Notes: generated from the letters alone by a model not told the origin. Positions 37,932-50,662 are shown, counted from the stretch's first letter. The stretch: DNA of 64,000 nucleotides from Octopus sinensis (GCF_006345805.1 NC_043004.1:96038001-96102000), one strand, 5' to 3'. Program-made: numbers and translations.

Positions 37932-38341
37932 TATAGATACATTTTTAAGTTATTCTCAAAATAATTGCTTATTCTGGAAACATAAAAACAACTAAGAAAA
38001 TGATGTCATCATTTGTTTTGGTATTCATTTATTTCTTACATTAATTTGATTTTTGAATGAGTATTTTTCATGAAAATGTGATGAAATGAAATCTCATTAT
38101 TCTATAATGCATTAATGTAGATCATATATAAACTTGTAGCAGCTTTAGTAATTCAGAGTCCAGATGATTGTTGATAGATAACAGATAATAATTTACCTCC
38201 TGATATTATGTATGTAGATGTGAGATATAACGTGTTATACACCAACGCATATAGAGCTGGGGAATAGTTAGTAAAATCAACTAGTGCAACGAAAAATGGC
38301 ATATGGAGGAAGGGAATAATTCAACAGTGCACTAATATATA

Positions 38342-38568
38342 TATCTTTACTACCCACAAGGGGCTAAACACAGAGGGGACAAACAAGGACAGACAAAGCG
38401 ATTAAGTCGATTCCATCGACCCCAGTGTGTAACTGGTACTTAATTTATCGACCCCGAAAGGATGAAAGGCAAAGTTGACCTCGGTGGAATTTGAACTCAG
38501 AACGTAACGGCAGACGAAATACGGCTACGCATTTCGCCCGGCGTGCTACCGTTTCTGCCAGCTCGCTG
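38342..38568 (-). mobile_element. Family C SINE, full length
   Basis: Reverse complement of the 32042 copy. Confidence 0.85.
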
Positions 38569-38899
38569 CTAATATAGGATAGCAATGACTTCCATGGGCG
38601 ACTTTGGTTTTTGGAAAGGCTGGCATTTTTCATGGTGGCCACATATTAATGATGTAAAGATTAGGTTCCTTCTTAAACACTAATTGGTTACTAATGGTGA
38701 AAACAACAACAACCCACATGACAGAGAATGCTCTTCCTCTTTTTCTATTTACCCATTTGGCCATCTTCCCATAACACACACACACACACACTCACACACA
38801 CATGCACATATATATTCACACTTACGCTCACACACACATGTATTTGTGCATGTATATATATATATGTGCATATATGTATATATGTATGCATATAATTAA

Positions 38900-38945
<46 letters not shown>

Positions 38946-39318
38946 TATTTCTTTTTTTCCAAATTTGTGTAAATGTGTATAGAATAATACATCAGTTGAA
39001 TAAAGTTACAACATGGTCTGGTTTTCACGTTTTTTTTATTATTGTATTTTAAAGAAATTTTTTTACAATGTTGAAGCGTGTTAAATATGAAAAAAATATT
39101 TTGTAATGTTCATAAAGTTCAATTAACGCTGTGGGTTGTGTGCTTGACAACTGTAGTAAAATTACTGACTTCCTTTTTATACCTTTTAGAAAGCCCTGAC
39201 AAGCTGAATTTTTCGAATGCGGGATACCAATGTTTCTATGTGGCAGGCTTGATAATTGTTAACAGATTTCCTGTTGCATGAATCCATTGGAAGCCTTCTT
39301 AACCTACAAATATAAGTG

Positions 39319-39352
<34 letters not shown>

Positions 39353-40714
39353 CGCGTGTGTGTGTGTGTGTGTGTTTTTGTTTGTAATTTAATGAGAATG
39401 GACATCTTGATTTGCAAGTTACCAATAATTCAGTTAATTATCTAGAAGGATAATCCATCTTCTGAATTACAGTTCTTTGTAGAGCTGTTTCTTAACTGAA
39501 GAAGTACAGATATGTAAGTGTTCTTTAATCTGGGTGTATACTTTCTAGATTGTGCTATAATGCCACCGTTATTGCATTTTATCTCATACACAACACATGT
39601 AATTCAACATATGTAATTCAATATATGTTTGTGTTACAGATAGTGCATATGCATACTATTGGCTTCAGAGAGTTTTATAGCAAAGATTTGACATAAGGAG
39701 AGTCTAGATTGAGCCTCACTCATGTCTAGCTTTTTGAATGGCTGTTGTGCTAATCTCACCAAGTTATGGTATTCTTGTGATTTCTCGGTATTTTACATTG
39801 TGAACATGTCTAAGGTGATTGAATGTTGTATGGGTATCCATTAATTTTCCAAAATTTCCAGAAATTTAATGCCTTTATGAGCCTCTGAGTAGTTGGTAGT
39901 TTTTAGATGGCCTTTTGTGTTACAATTTGACTTTTGCTGATATAAGCATTCTAGCAATAAAAATCGGGAGATACACTGGAATATTTATATACAAGTGTGA
40001 TACAACATGCTGATGCTCTACAGGCAAAAGTAAGACTTAAAATACAGAAATTACAGAAGTTTGGTGGAAAATCCCCAGTGTTGACTTGGTTTTCCTCCTG
40101 ATTATGCAAACACTTCCTTTAATACCTTTGAAATCAATAAAAATAAAACCAGCCATGTGTTAAGGTAGATTTTAATCCTAATACACTTACCTGACAAATT
40201 TATAACATTTCGTCAATATCTGAAATTATTTTATATATCTCAGCATTCTTCTATTTTATTATAAAAAATAATGGCTATTTTAATCATTTTCTTTAAATGA
40301 ATTTCAGGAAGTTTTTTCTTTTTATTTTGATTAAGCTATTGGTATGATTTTTTTTCTGTCTCTTTCAATTGTTGGATTTTCATTATAAAATTTTGAAGTT
40401 TTTCATGCTTTTCATCTGTGTGTGATTATCTTCTATTTAATTTTTTTTTTTCACACAGAGCTTTCTTTCATTGCCAACAAAAATGTTGAAATTATGTAAG
40501 AAAAAAATATTGAACACTAAAATTTTTATTCAATTTCCAATGTAAAAAAATTGTTTAACTGTTAAAATATTCAACTATATTTTCTTGTTCTGCTTTTGTT
40601 TTTTTAATAACCTAGACTGATAGAAATTAACGAAATCATGTATTGTTAGACTTTTTTAGTTTCAGGCCAACCTTAACTGAACAGACCTACGATAAAAGGT
40701 ATACTATCCATGAC

Positions 40715-40935
40715 CGACTCTTTTACTCTTTTACTCTTTTTACTTGTTTCAGTCATTTGACTGCAGCCATGCTGGAGCACCGCCTTTAATCGAGCAACTC
40801 GACCCCGGCACTTATTCTTTGTAAGCCCAGTACTTATTCTATCAGTCTGTTTTGCCGAACCGCTAAGTGTCGGGGACATAAACACACCAGCATCGGTTGT
40901 CAAGCAATGCTAGGGGGACAAAAACGGGCACACAA

Positions 40936-40968
<33 letters not shown>

Positions 40969-41135
40969 CATATATACGACGGGCTTCTTTCAGTTTCCGT
41001 CTACCAAATCCATTCACAAGGCTTTGGTCGGCCCGAGGCTATAGTAGAAGACACTTGCCCAAGGTGCCATGCAGTGGGACTGAACCCGGAACCATGTGGT
41101 TGGTAAACAAGCTACTTACCACACAGCACTCCTGT
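40715..41135 (-). mobile_element. Family A composite SINE
   Basis: Head, microsatellite and tail. Confidence 0.85.
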
Positions 41136-41380
41136 GATCATTTTAAATTTAACTTGAGCTATGTTTATCTCTTGTTCTTTCCTGTTATAAGTAACATCTT
41201 ATATTTATCAGCACTGATGCCTCACTGAACTCTGTTGTGTATTTGATTTTGCAAAGTGGAATAAATCATTTCCAGGAAATCAGTTGCTATCCTGTTGGAT
41301 CATTTCTACATTTCTCTGTCTTTGAATTTGCTTGTGTCTTTAATCATGACAATTTTACTCATTAATCTCCCCAGTGTTAA

Positions 41381-41599
41381 CCCTTTAGTATTTAAACCAG
41401 CCATATCCGGCCAAAATAGTTAATCTGTTTTATGTTCAAACTGACCAGATCCAGGCTCTCACACCTACCCTACAATGTTATTCTACATTAAGTAATTGCA
41501 CCGTCAAGCTCTTGAAGATATGAGATAATGCATGACTTATTCAAATCAATGGGAATCAATAGGTATTATGTTTGATAGAATAACCTGAATGCTAAAGGG
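41381..41599. mobile_element. piggyBac-like MITE
   Basis: TTAA|CCCTTTAGTATT ... AATGCTAAAGGG|TTAA (TTAA TSD and CCC termini). Confidence 0.8.
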
Positions 41600-41722
41600 T
41601 TAAAATGTATTCATAGGGCAACAACCAAAATATTTTCTTTTCTGTCAACAAAAAAAAAAGACTTAACAAAACAGAGGTGGTAACAATATTGCAGAAGAAT
41701 AGTAAAATAAATCTAAAAAGAA

Positions 41723-41882
41723 AGGAGTGGCTGTGTGGTAAGTAGCTTGCTAACCAACCACATGGTTCCGGGTTCAGTCCCACTGCGTGGCATCTTGGGC
41801 AAGTGTCTTCTGCTATAGCCCCGGGCCGACCAATGCCTTGTGAATGGATTTGGTAGACGGAAACTGAAAGAAGCCTGTCGTA

Positions 41883-41943
<61 letters not shown>

Positions 41944-42156
41944 TTGTGTGTCTGTGTTTGTCCCCCACCTAGCATTGCTTGACAACCGATGCTGGTGTGT
42001 TTACATCCCGATCACTTAGCGGTTTGGCAAAAAAGACCGATAGAATAAGTACTGGGCTTACAAAGAATAAATCCCAGGGTCGATTTGCTCGACTAAAGGT
42101 GGTGCTCCAGCATGGCCGCAGTCAAATGACTCAAACAAGTAAAAGAGAGAGAGAGT
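41723..42156 (+). mobile_element. Family A composite SINE
   Basis: Head, microsatellite and tail. Confidence 0.85.
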
Positions 42157-42586
42157 ATTCTTAATATTGGGAAAATATAATTGTGTTGTCAACATAGCAA
42201 GCAATGGTAGCACTTTCATATTTCATAAATACAAGTAACAAAAAATGAGAATGGTGGCAAAACTCAAAGCAAATAAAGTCAATCCTGATATTTAATTGAT
42301 ACTTACCTTACCACCAGTGAATGATAAGGAAAAGAGTTCCAGTTAAGATTTGGACACTGGCATACACTGGATGACCTCATGTATGCTGGACAGCAATTTA
42401 AACAAAGGCAATGTTTCATTCCTGCTGACTGAATGAGAGGAAACAAGCAGGTTTATAACTACTGTACAAGGATAAGGCACTGAGCTTATAGAATCGTCAC
42501 TGTGCTGGGAAGAATGCTTGGTGGTAATTTGTACCAATATTATGCTCTGAGTTCAAATACTGCCAGGGTCAACTTTATCTGTCATC

Positions 42587-43125
42587 ATCATCTGGAAAAG
42601 ACTTTCTAACTAGAAAGGGTATGGCCTGGTCAACCTGTAATGATATGCATATGATATGGTCATCAAATCTAAGTAGAGACTTCAAACTTGAAATCTTCAA
42701 AGCCACAGTCGAACCAATTCTACTATAGGACTCAGAAACCTGGACATTATCAAAGAAGCTTGAGAGGCGGTTGGATGGAACCTACACTCGCCTCCTTATG
42801 AGAGCTCAAAATCTCTCGTGGAAGCGTCATCCAACCAAAATGCAAATATATGGGAAACTACCATCTGTGTCATCTCTTGTGAAAGGTAGGAGAGTCCAGT
42901 TTGCTGGACATTGTTGTAGAGCTGAAAATGAGGCACTTTCTCCTCTTCTCCTCTGGAAGCCATCTACTCGCAATACCAGAGGGCGCACACTCTCCTACCC
43001 TGATGTAATCTCCAGGGATACAGGCATCCAGCAACAGGACCTCCGTAATGCTTTGATGGACTGTGAAGTCTGGTGTACCCATGGTAAATTCCATTGTCTC
43101 GACCACAGTCGAACAATGATGATGA
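42587..43125 (+). mobile_element. RTE-clade LINE 3' fragment with (GAT)n tail
   Basis: KLEIFKATVEPILL.DSETWTLSKKLERRLDGTYTRLLMRAQN...RRVQFAGHCCRA...RGRTLSYPD; one stop and a late frameshift. Confidence 0.9.
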
Positions 43126-44482
43126 TTATCTGTCATTCTGTCATCCTTAAAATAAATACCATTTGAACACTGGGGTCAACGTAATTTGGCCTAAATATTC
43201 TACTGATGAATAACAACAATTGTTGTGAGTAAAATTAAAAAGATAATTTTGAATGTTGTTAATTTTGTCATCCTTAAATCATAGGATTAATTTGGGAATC
43301 TAACTACAAAAATGTGTCAAGTAAATTACCAATGTAAAACTTCCATGACTCAAACTTCATCTAAATTTGGAGCCACCTCTCACCCTAAAAAGGAACTACT
43401 GTTCTCCAACCAGTCTTCAAATGGATGCTTGTCTCACATCTTAAACACCTGTAAAAGATTGTTTATCTAGCTGCCTAAATGCCATTGTTAAAAATGAGTG
43501 TGTGTTAAGCTTCCTAAATCCAAATCAGATTTTGTCCTAATTTTAATTTAGGTTCTTACCAGTAAAATATGCTTGAGGCATAGACACATCGCTGTTTAGC
43601 CCAGCCACCCCTTAATTTTTATAATTTATAATGCTGAACTCTGGGATCACCTGCTAAACCATTATCTATCTGAAGCAGAAAGTTCATCCACTTAATACAT
43701 CCTTGCGTTACAATTTGTATTTTTCTTCCTTTAAGCTTGAGTCAAATACATTTACAGGATGTCTATTAGAATTTGAAACTGCTGAGGAAAAGAGACAATT
43801 TGAAACTGGGGAAGAAAATCTGTCTCTACATGGTTTCTCTCTCTGCTTGACATAGTAGTCAAATCTCCTCTAAAATTTCACCTGACAGTTTAAAAAGGAA
43901 TGGAAAGATATTTTAGATAATATGGCTCTATTTATATTATGCTTAAGAAAAGAACTAACCAAAAAATGATGGGATGTCATTGCTGAAATGTTTAAGAACA
44001 TTGAATTAAGCAAAGTAGACAAATGACACACAGAACAAATGGAAAATAACTGTCCAAGCAGGAGAAAAAAAACAAAAAAAAACTAACAGATTCATAACGA
44101 ACCCCAAAAATGTAATACAATAAAATGAAATATTAAGTTGTCACTGCGTTGGTGAAATTTCCAGAATATATCTGCTATGGAGATTTATACATATACAGTT
44201 AAGTAGGTAGTTTATGTCAACTAGCTCTAGCTACAATAATGATCTTAGTAAACGACATTTTTTACTGTTAAATACAAGAGTGAAGACCAGAATTTTCATT
44301 ACATTTTTGTTTCCTTTTTTGGTCAGTCAATGGTACAGATACAATCGATGATAAAGATTATGTTGTAAAAAAGAAAAGAAAGAGCTTAACATGGGAAAAC
44401 CTTTTGAATATGATTGGTAGAGAAAATTGATACCTGTCACTTGTAATATCTTCTTTATAATCTGATGCAATATAAGCATATA

Positions 44483-44540
<58 letters not shown>

Positions 44541-44609
44541 GGATATATATGTATATATATGTATGTATGTGTATATATATATATGGATATATATGTATAT
44601 ATATGTATG

Positions 44610-44661
<52 letters not shown>

Positions 44662-44664
<3 letters not shown>

Positions 44665-45040
44665 TGGTTGTGTACTCCTTAGGCAGAGTCTTACCACCTC
44701 TTGCACCTACACCTTAGATCTATCATGGCATCTGATTTGGCTTTTTAAACCCAAGAATGTATTGAAAAGACATCCACATAGATTGCATATCTGATTCGGA
44801 CCACCAATGGCTTCAGTTAAGTTTACATTTTTGTGGATCTTAAAATGTCTTTTGAGGCCTCCATACAGCATTGAAAGGTGTGCACAGATATATATAGACA
44901 GCAGAATAGTTGATGGAAGTTTGGTTTTCATGGATCGGCAAATGAAATTTGAGCCCAGCAAGAGAAAGGTATAGTCTGACATAAACTCTGCCCATAAAAG
45001 GTCACTGAGATTCACCTTCTCGATCACAACATTCTTCTTA
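44662..45040 (-). mobile_element. RTE-type LINE 3' end with degenerate zinc-finger-like C-terminus
   Basis: ...YGGLKRHFKIH...[22 protein letters not shown]; short 3' UTR ending ACAACCACCA then (TA)n. Confidence 0.65.
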
Positions 45041-45058
45041 ATATATATATATAATATA

Positions 45059-45095
<37 letters not shown>

Positions 45096-45101
<6 letters not shown>

Positions 45102-45299
45102 ATCCAAACAAGAAAGCACAAAAAAAACACAACAGCACGTGGACGTGGAACAAATATAGTATTATTGGACGCTCAGGAAAGAATGAAAGAAGGAGGGGTT
45201 TAACGTTTCGAGCGGAGCTCTTCGTCGGAAACATAGGAGAAGGAAAGATCCAGAGAAGGGAAGACACAGGAAAAAACATCGCCAATGGTACACACACAG

Positions 45300-45300
<1 letters not shown>
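45096..45300 (-). mobile_element. Penelope-like terminal-repeat fragment, inverted copy of 5405-5648
   Basis: Over 90 percent identical by eye to the reverse complement of the 5405 copy. Confidence 0.65.
45198..45232 (-). ncRNA. Minimal hammerhead-like motif, identical to 5511-5545
   Basis: Reverse complement matches 35/35 nt. Confidence 0.55.
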
Positions 45301-45343
<43 letters not shown>

Positions 45344-45423
45344 CTGTATTCATACACACATGCACACACACACACACACACATATATATACACACACATA
45401 TATATACACAGATATATATATTC

Positions 45424-45454
<31 letters not shown>

Positions 45455-45455
45455 G

Positions 45456-46190
45456 CACTAACAATGCACTCCAGTGTTACCCGGGTGTTATGACCTACAA
45501 CCACATTGTATTATTTGTTCCTTTCTTATGAGCAGAATCGGCACACGAGGAGTATGAAGCAAACAGCGCTTCTTTATAAACATGTTTTCGGTCATTTTCT
45601 GATTAACAATGCTGCAGTTTCCATCTACCAAATTCAGTCACAAGTCTGTGGTTGGCCTAGGGCTATAGTACAAAACACTTGCAGAGGGATTGAACTTGTA
45701 ACGAAGTTGGTGGGAAGCAAACTTCTCAACCATACAGTCATTCTTGCACCTAATATGTGTGTGTATGTTTACATTTGTTGTTAGATCAAGTATTGTGTCC
45801 CACTAAGCAGGTCATGAAGCAGAGATTTATAAAATAAATGCCAGATTGAAATACGTACTGAAGTCAGTATGATTAAATAGTTTTTTGAAGGTGATACTTC
45901 CTAAAGGCGACAGTCAGAAGACCAAACCCCTAAAATAATGTTTAAAGACTTAATGGCTTCAAATTTAAAGTAATGTATTACTAACCACAAGATAATAAGT
46001 TCAAATCTTCGTATTCAACTTCCACTCCATACGATAACACTATATGTACACCTCAGTCTACTTGACTTCCAACAATTAACAATTGTAATTTGAAGTTGAA
46101 TGGTTAGCAGTAAGAAAGACGTCCAGATTTCTTTAGAAATTATTGTGCAAAATATTCTGAGAAAAAGTATTTTGTTCACTACAACAAAAC
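45456..46190 (+). repeat. Local segmental duplication, copy 2
   Basis: Colinear with 18197-18950. Confidence 0.9.
45536..45579 (+). CDS. Putative phase-1 terminal coding exon, (E)SAHEEYEANSASL*; host gene unidentified
   Basis: Paralogue of 18277-18320 with conserved acceptor, frame and TAA. Confidence 0.5.
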
Positions 46191-46216
46191 ACACACGAAC
46201 ACCCGTACACGCACGC

Positions 46217-46288
<72 letters not shown>

Positions 46289-46846
46289 AGAAATGTCTCT
46301 GTGGTAACTTGAGCTACTACAAATAGCAGCCAAATCTCTCTTGAAACACGCCCTTTCTTCAAAAGAAAGACACAGATTTACAGTATTTCAGGAAGAAAAA
46401 AAAAAAATATATATATATATATATATACGATGGGTCTGCTACATCAGAGGCAGCTCTGGAATAAACAAAACACACACTAACATGCTTCACATTAAAAGAT
46501 TATCTACTAAATAATACTAATAAAGTTAACAGCTTATCTTCAAAGTTTCATTTCCAGGTAAAACTCCATGTATTTTAAAAATTTTCTCATTATGCTCTAG
46601 CTAACACTTAAAAATTGTTCAGGTAGAGTTGCCTCCCTTAGTCAAAGACCTCAAAATTGTGTGATCCAACCTCGTTTTCGAGGTCATTTTTGTAATAAAA
46701 ATGAGTTGTGATAAAAGCATACTTTATTTGGTAGCCGAAAGATTAATGAATCTTTTGATACCTCATAAGTAAAAATTGGTAACTCAGTTTTCAAACCCAT
46801 AAGGAATACACACGCATACACACACATACACAGACACACACACACA

Positions 46847-46877
<31 letters not shown>

Positions 46878-47399
46878 TCACACACACACAAACTCTGTCA
46901 TATATATATATATATATAGATGAACAATGAAACAATGATAGGGAGTTAACGTTCACCACAGCTGTTTGAGATCTGCTCTTTATTGATGAAGAAAACAATA
47001 ATATCGTGTAAAAAAACCCGTTTTCTTCAGGTGAATTAAGAATAAAACTTAACGTATAGGAATTTTCCCACAAATAGTACATAATGCGTATTAACCCTAA
47101 CCAAGGTGGTAGGGTCAATACGCATTTTGTGGAACTTGTGTGAAAAATATTAATGTTAAATTTTATACTTTATTCACATGAAGAAAATGGTATTTTTACT
47201 TAGCTGTGTTGTTGATATATATAATCAGTCCTGGTATTCACTCTATTTCTAAACATACCGAATTGCATTTCTGTCAAGTGAATATGCTTTGCTGATGAGG
47301 ACTAAAGACATTGAAACATGTCCATTGATTTCACTAGTTTGCTTCAAAAACATGCTAATGAAACTAATTACTGCACAAATAGTTATAAATCTGGCTAAT

Positions 47400-47808
47400 T
47401 CTAATATTCTTGTCTACTCTTGGCACAAGGCCCGAAATTTTTGGGGAGGAGAGGGCAGTCGATTAGATCGATCCCAGTACACAACTGGTACTTAATTTAT
47501 CGACCTCAAAAGAATGAAAGACAAAGTTGATCTCAGCAGAATTTGAAATCAGAACGTAAAAGACAGTAAAAATACCTATTTCTTTATTGCCCACAAGGGG
47601 CTAAACACAGAAAGGACAAACAAGGACAGACAAACGGATTAAGTTGATTATATCGACCCCAGTGCATAACTGGTACTTATTTAATCGACCCCAAAAGGAT
47701 GAAAGGCAGAGTCAACCTCAGCGGAATTTGAACTCAGAACGTAGTGGCTGATGAAATATCGCATGGCATTTTGCCCGGCATGCTAACGTTCCTGCCAGCT
47801 TGCCACCT
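47400..47808 (-). mobile_element. Family C SINE dimer (full unit plus headless second unit)
   Basis: The first unit's end AAAGAAATAGGTATTT runs into an internal position of a second unit. Confidence 0.75.
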
Positions 47809-49401
47809 TTTGTTTGAAACCAATATTAAAGTAGCACAAGGTATTGAAGTAGCAGAGTTCTTAAGCAGCATTTTGTCCTACCCACAAATTTTGAGTTCAA
47901 ATTCTGCCAAGGTTGACTTGGCATTTCACCCATTCAGAATTAATGAAATAAGTACCAGTTGAATACTGGGGTTCATGTAATTGACTAACCTGCTTCCCCA
48001 CAATTGCTGGCTGTGTGCCAATAATTGAAACCAACATCAATCTAGCATATTGTAGCTATTTTCTTTTTTCTTATAATTTTAATTAGATAAATTAATCACA
48101 CTCTATGGTATTATGACTGGCACATTTATGAACTAGCCACATTTGCCAGTATTGAAATAGCCATATTTGATATATTACTTTAAAATACAGCTTGCTGTTG
48201 GCATTTTGTAGTAATTATTCAGATAAGTGGGAAAATGTGGTTTGTATGGGCAAGTATGTGAGAGCCCATTATGGTTTATGAATTTGTGGATATCATTTAA
48301 AAAATGCAGTAATTAAAATGCTAAATCATGCATAAATTGCATGCCATAATGTAACTGGTCCTATAAATGTAATTAGAAAGATTTATTAATTACACTTGTT
48401 TATGTGAATACATTCAACATATTCATGATTTGTAAGTGGCATGTTCATAATGGTGGCATGTGCATAATGGATGCAGCATAGTCCATTGAATTTATGAATT
48501 GTGCTATTGTTACAGTTGTAGTGATGTAAATTCTATTTGGTTTCCTGCTGCCTGTATCCGTATCTAACTCTATGGTGGGACTGGCACTTATTTGCTTTTT
48601 TTTAAAACTGAACCAACTTTCTGTTTTCAGTGTTAAGAAGTGAAATTTCGAAAAGTGAAACTTAAATTAAAAACTAAGTTTTAAGCCTGAAGTTTTTTAA
48701 TGTATGAGATATATCTAAAATGATGAAATATTTATCTGTCCCTCTCCAATTTAAAATAAATTAAAACAATATACTTGGAATGATATACGTATGCAAAAAA
48801 ATAATAATAAAATGGTAAAATGCCTTTTCATTCCACCTTCATTTCAGAATTAATGAAAACTATATATTATATTAAAAATGATAAAATGATATATTCAAAA
48901 TTATATATATAGAAAAAAATGGAGAAAGAAAAAGGTATATCTGAAACGATATATTATTAAAAACGATAAAATACTTATTCTTTAAATATATATGTATATA
49001 ATAAAAATAATAAAACATTTATTCGTATCCCACTCATCAAAGTAAATGCAAAACGATATGTATTAAAAATAATCTAATCATACATTTAAAATTATAAATA
49101 TTTAAAAAAATTTAATAAAGGCTATACTATACAGACTATTGAAAACAAAACAACTGTGATTTGTTTTTATGTAACATAAATTCATCCAACTAGCCTACTA
49201 CCAAGCTGATATGCATCCCATTAATTGCTGTACCACTACAGTGTCCCCTTAGAGTTTGTAGTGACTTCACTCTCTGTATCAACAAAACTGGCTTGGTGAT
49301 TAATTGTGCAATAGTTGTATCTTATCAAACTAATATTATAGTATACTTCTTAGACTATATAACGACACCTGGTAAAACATAATCTAGAATTATTAGCAAT
49401 A

Positions 49402-49812
49402 GGCGTAAGAGTGGCTGTGTGGTAAGTAGCTTGCTTACGAACCACATGGTTCTGGGTTCAGTCCCACTGTGTGGCACCTTGGGCAAGTGTCTTCTACTAT
49501 AGCCTCGGGTCGAACAAAGCCTTGTGAGTGGATTTGGTAGACCGAAACTGAAAGAAGCCCGTCGTATATATATATATGAATGTATGTGTGTGTGTATATG
49601 TTTGTGTATCTGAGTTCGTCCCCCCAACAATGCTTAACAACTGATTCTGGTGTGTTTACGTCCCCGTAACTTAGCAGTTTGGCAAAAGAGACCAATAGAA
49701 TAAGTACTAGGCTTACAAAGAATAAGTTCTGGGGTCGATTTGCTCCACTAAAGGCGGTGCTCCAGCATGGCCACAGTCAAATGACTGAAACAAGTTAAAG
49801 ATTAAAAGATTA
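49402..49812 (+). mobile_element. Family A composite SINE
   Basis: Head, microsatellite and tail. Confidence 0.85.
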
Positions 49813-49829
49813 AATGAAGTAACTTCATT

Positions 49830-50300
49830 CTTTGTCATACATCAAAGAAAATTAAATTCTTAGACAACGTCTTTTGCATCATATATTCAAGACAATCCTT
49901 CTTGCAAAGACACTGTCATCTATCTCTATGATGAATCTGGGTTCACCAAGTTGTATTAAGTTTTTCAGGGTCCATTGTGAAATGATTTTACACAGGTGAC
50001 ACTTTCTCTCAATTACAACTTCTGAAACCACTTCACACCAATTCAAAAGACCACTGATGAATGGCTTGCATCATTCCTCTAGCTATATAAAAGAAGCCAA
50101 ATATTTGATTAAACTTTACTCTGGAATTTTCAAAAAACTGTTCCCTTTCTGAACGACTTCATTAATATTTTTCTTCCTCTATCAATATTGTTTATTTAGA
50201 AAGATTTTATTGTTAATGGACTATTGTAAAAAATGTTTCCAATATTTCTTCTGCAACTTTGCATGAACACTTTTAAGTTCTAATTCTATGCATATCAGAG
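49830..50300 (-). pseudogene. Merlin / IS1016(ISXO2)-like transposase remnant
   Basis: Minus-strand SFRKGTVF (50131-50158) upstream of QLGEPRFIIEIDDSVFARR (49897-49953), matching the family's RKGTxF and GxPxxIVEIDESxFxKR motifs; many stops. Confidence 0.6.
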
Positions 50301-50662
50301 AATTGTAATTATTCCGTTCCTTTTGCAATGAAAGGAAAAACATACTGAGAAATCCGCGTTGCTTTTCTTTGTATTCTCAACTTGAATTAAGAACTGTTGA
50401 TGTTCTGTAGACATTTTATTTAGAAGATTTAATTTTTAAAGAAATTTTCCTTGCTTTCTTTTGTTGATGAGAGTCAACCATTCCATTTCTAATGGATCGG
50501 AGAGAATTGGCTTCTGAGGGATTAATTGAGAGAAAGCGTTACTTTTGAAAATAAATTTTAATGATGCAGAGAAAAAGTGGTTCTGGTGAATACAGCTGTG
50601 CTATCCAGAACAATTGAATAAGGATTCAAGTTGATGATACCACCAGCATGAATTATAAATTA

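Noticed and set aside
9823-39300. Paralogy between 9823-9915 and 39201-39303 (shared AAGCTGAATT.TTC and TCCT.TTGCAT.AATC)
   Set aside because: Needs several gaps and different frames; compatible with chance in AT-rich DNA.
40191-40219. Minus-strand 29-nt micro-exon with a consensus CAG|GTAAGT donor
   Set aside because: Isolated, with a poor pyrimidine tract and no supporting minus-strand gene structure.
43736-43855. Open frame LESNTFTGCLLEFETAEEKRQF... after a strong acceptor
   Set aside because: Runs into a decayed repeat also seen near 46310 and 19490 (TAGCAGCCAAATCTC-like), so it is probably repeat-derived.
44707-45504. Longest ORF in the track (265 aa, minus strand)
   Set aside because: Chance read-through across a microsatellite, a Penelope fragment, a (TA)n tract and an RTE 3' end.
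48720-49150. Extremely A/T-rich tract as a regulatory or origin element
   Set aside because: Low complexity only; no specific motif can be supported.
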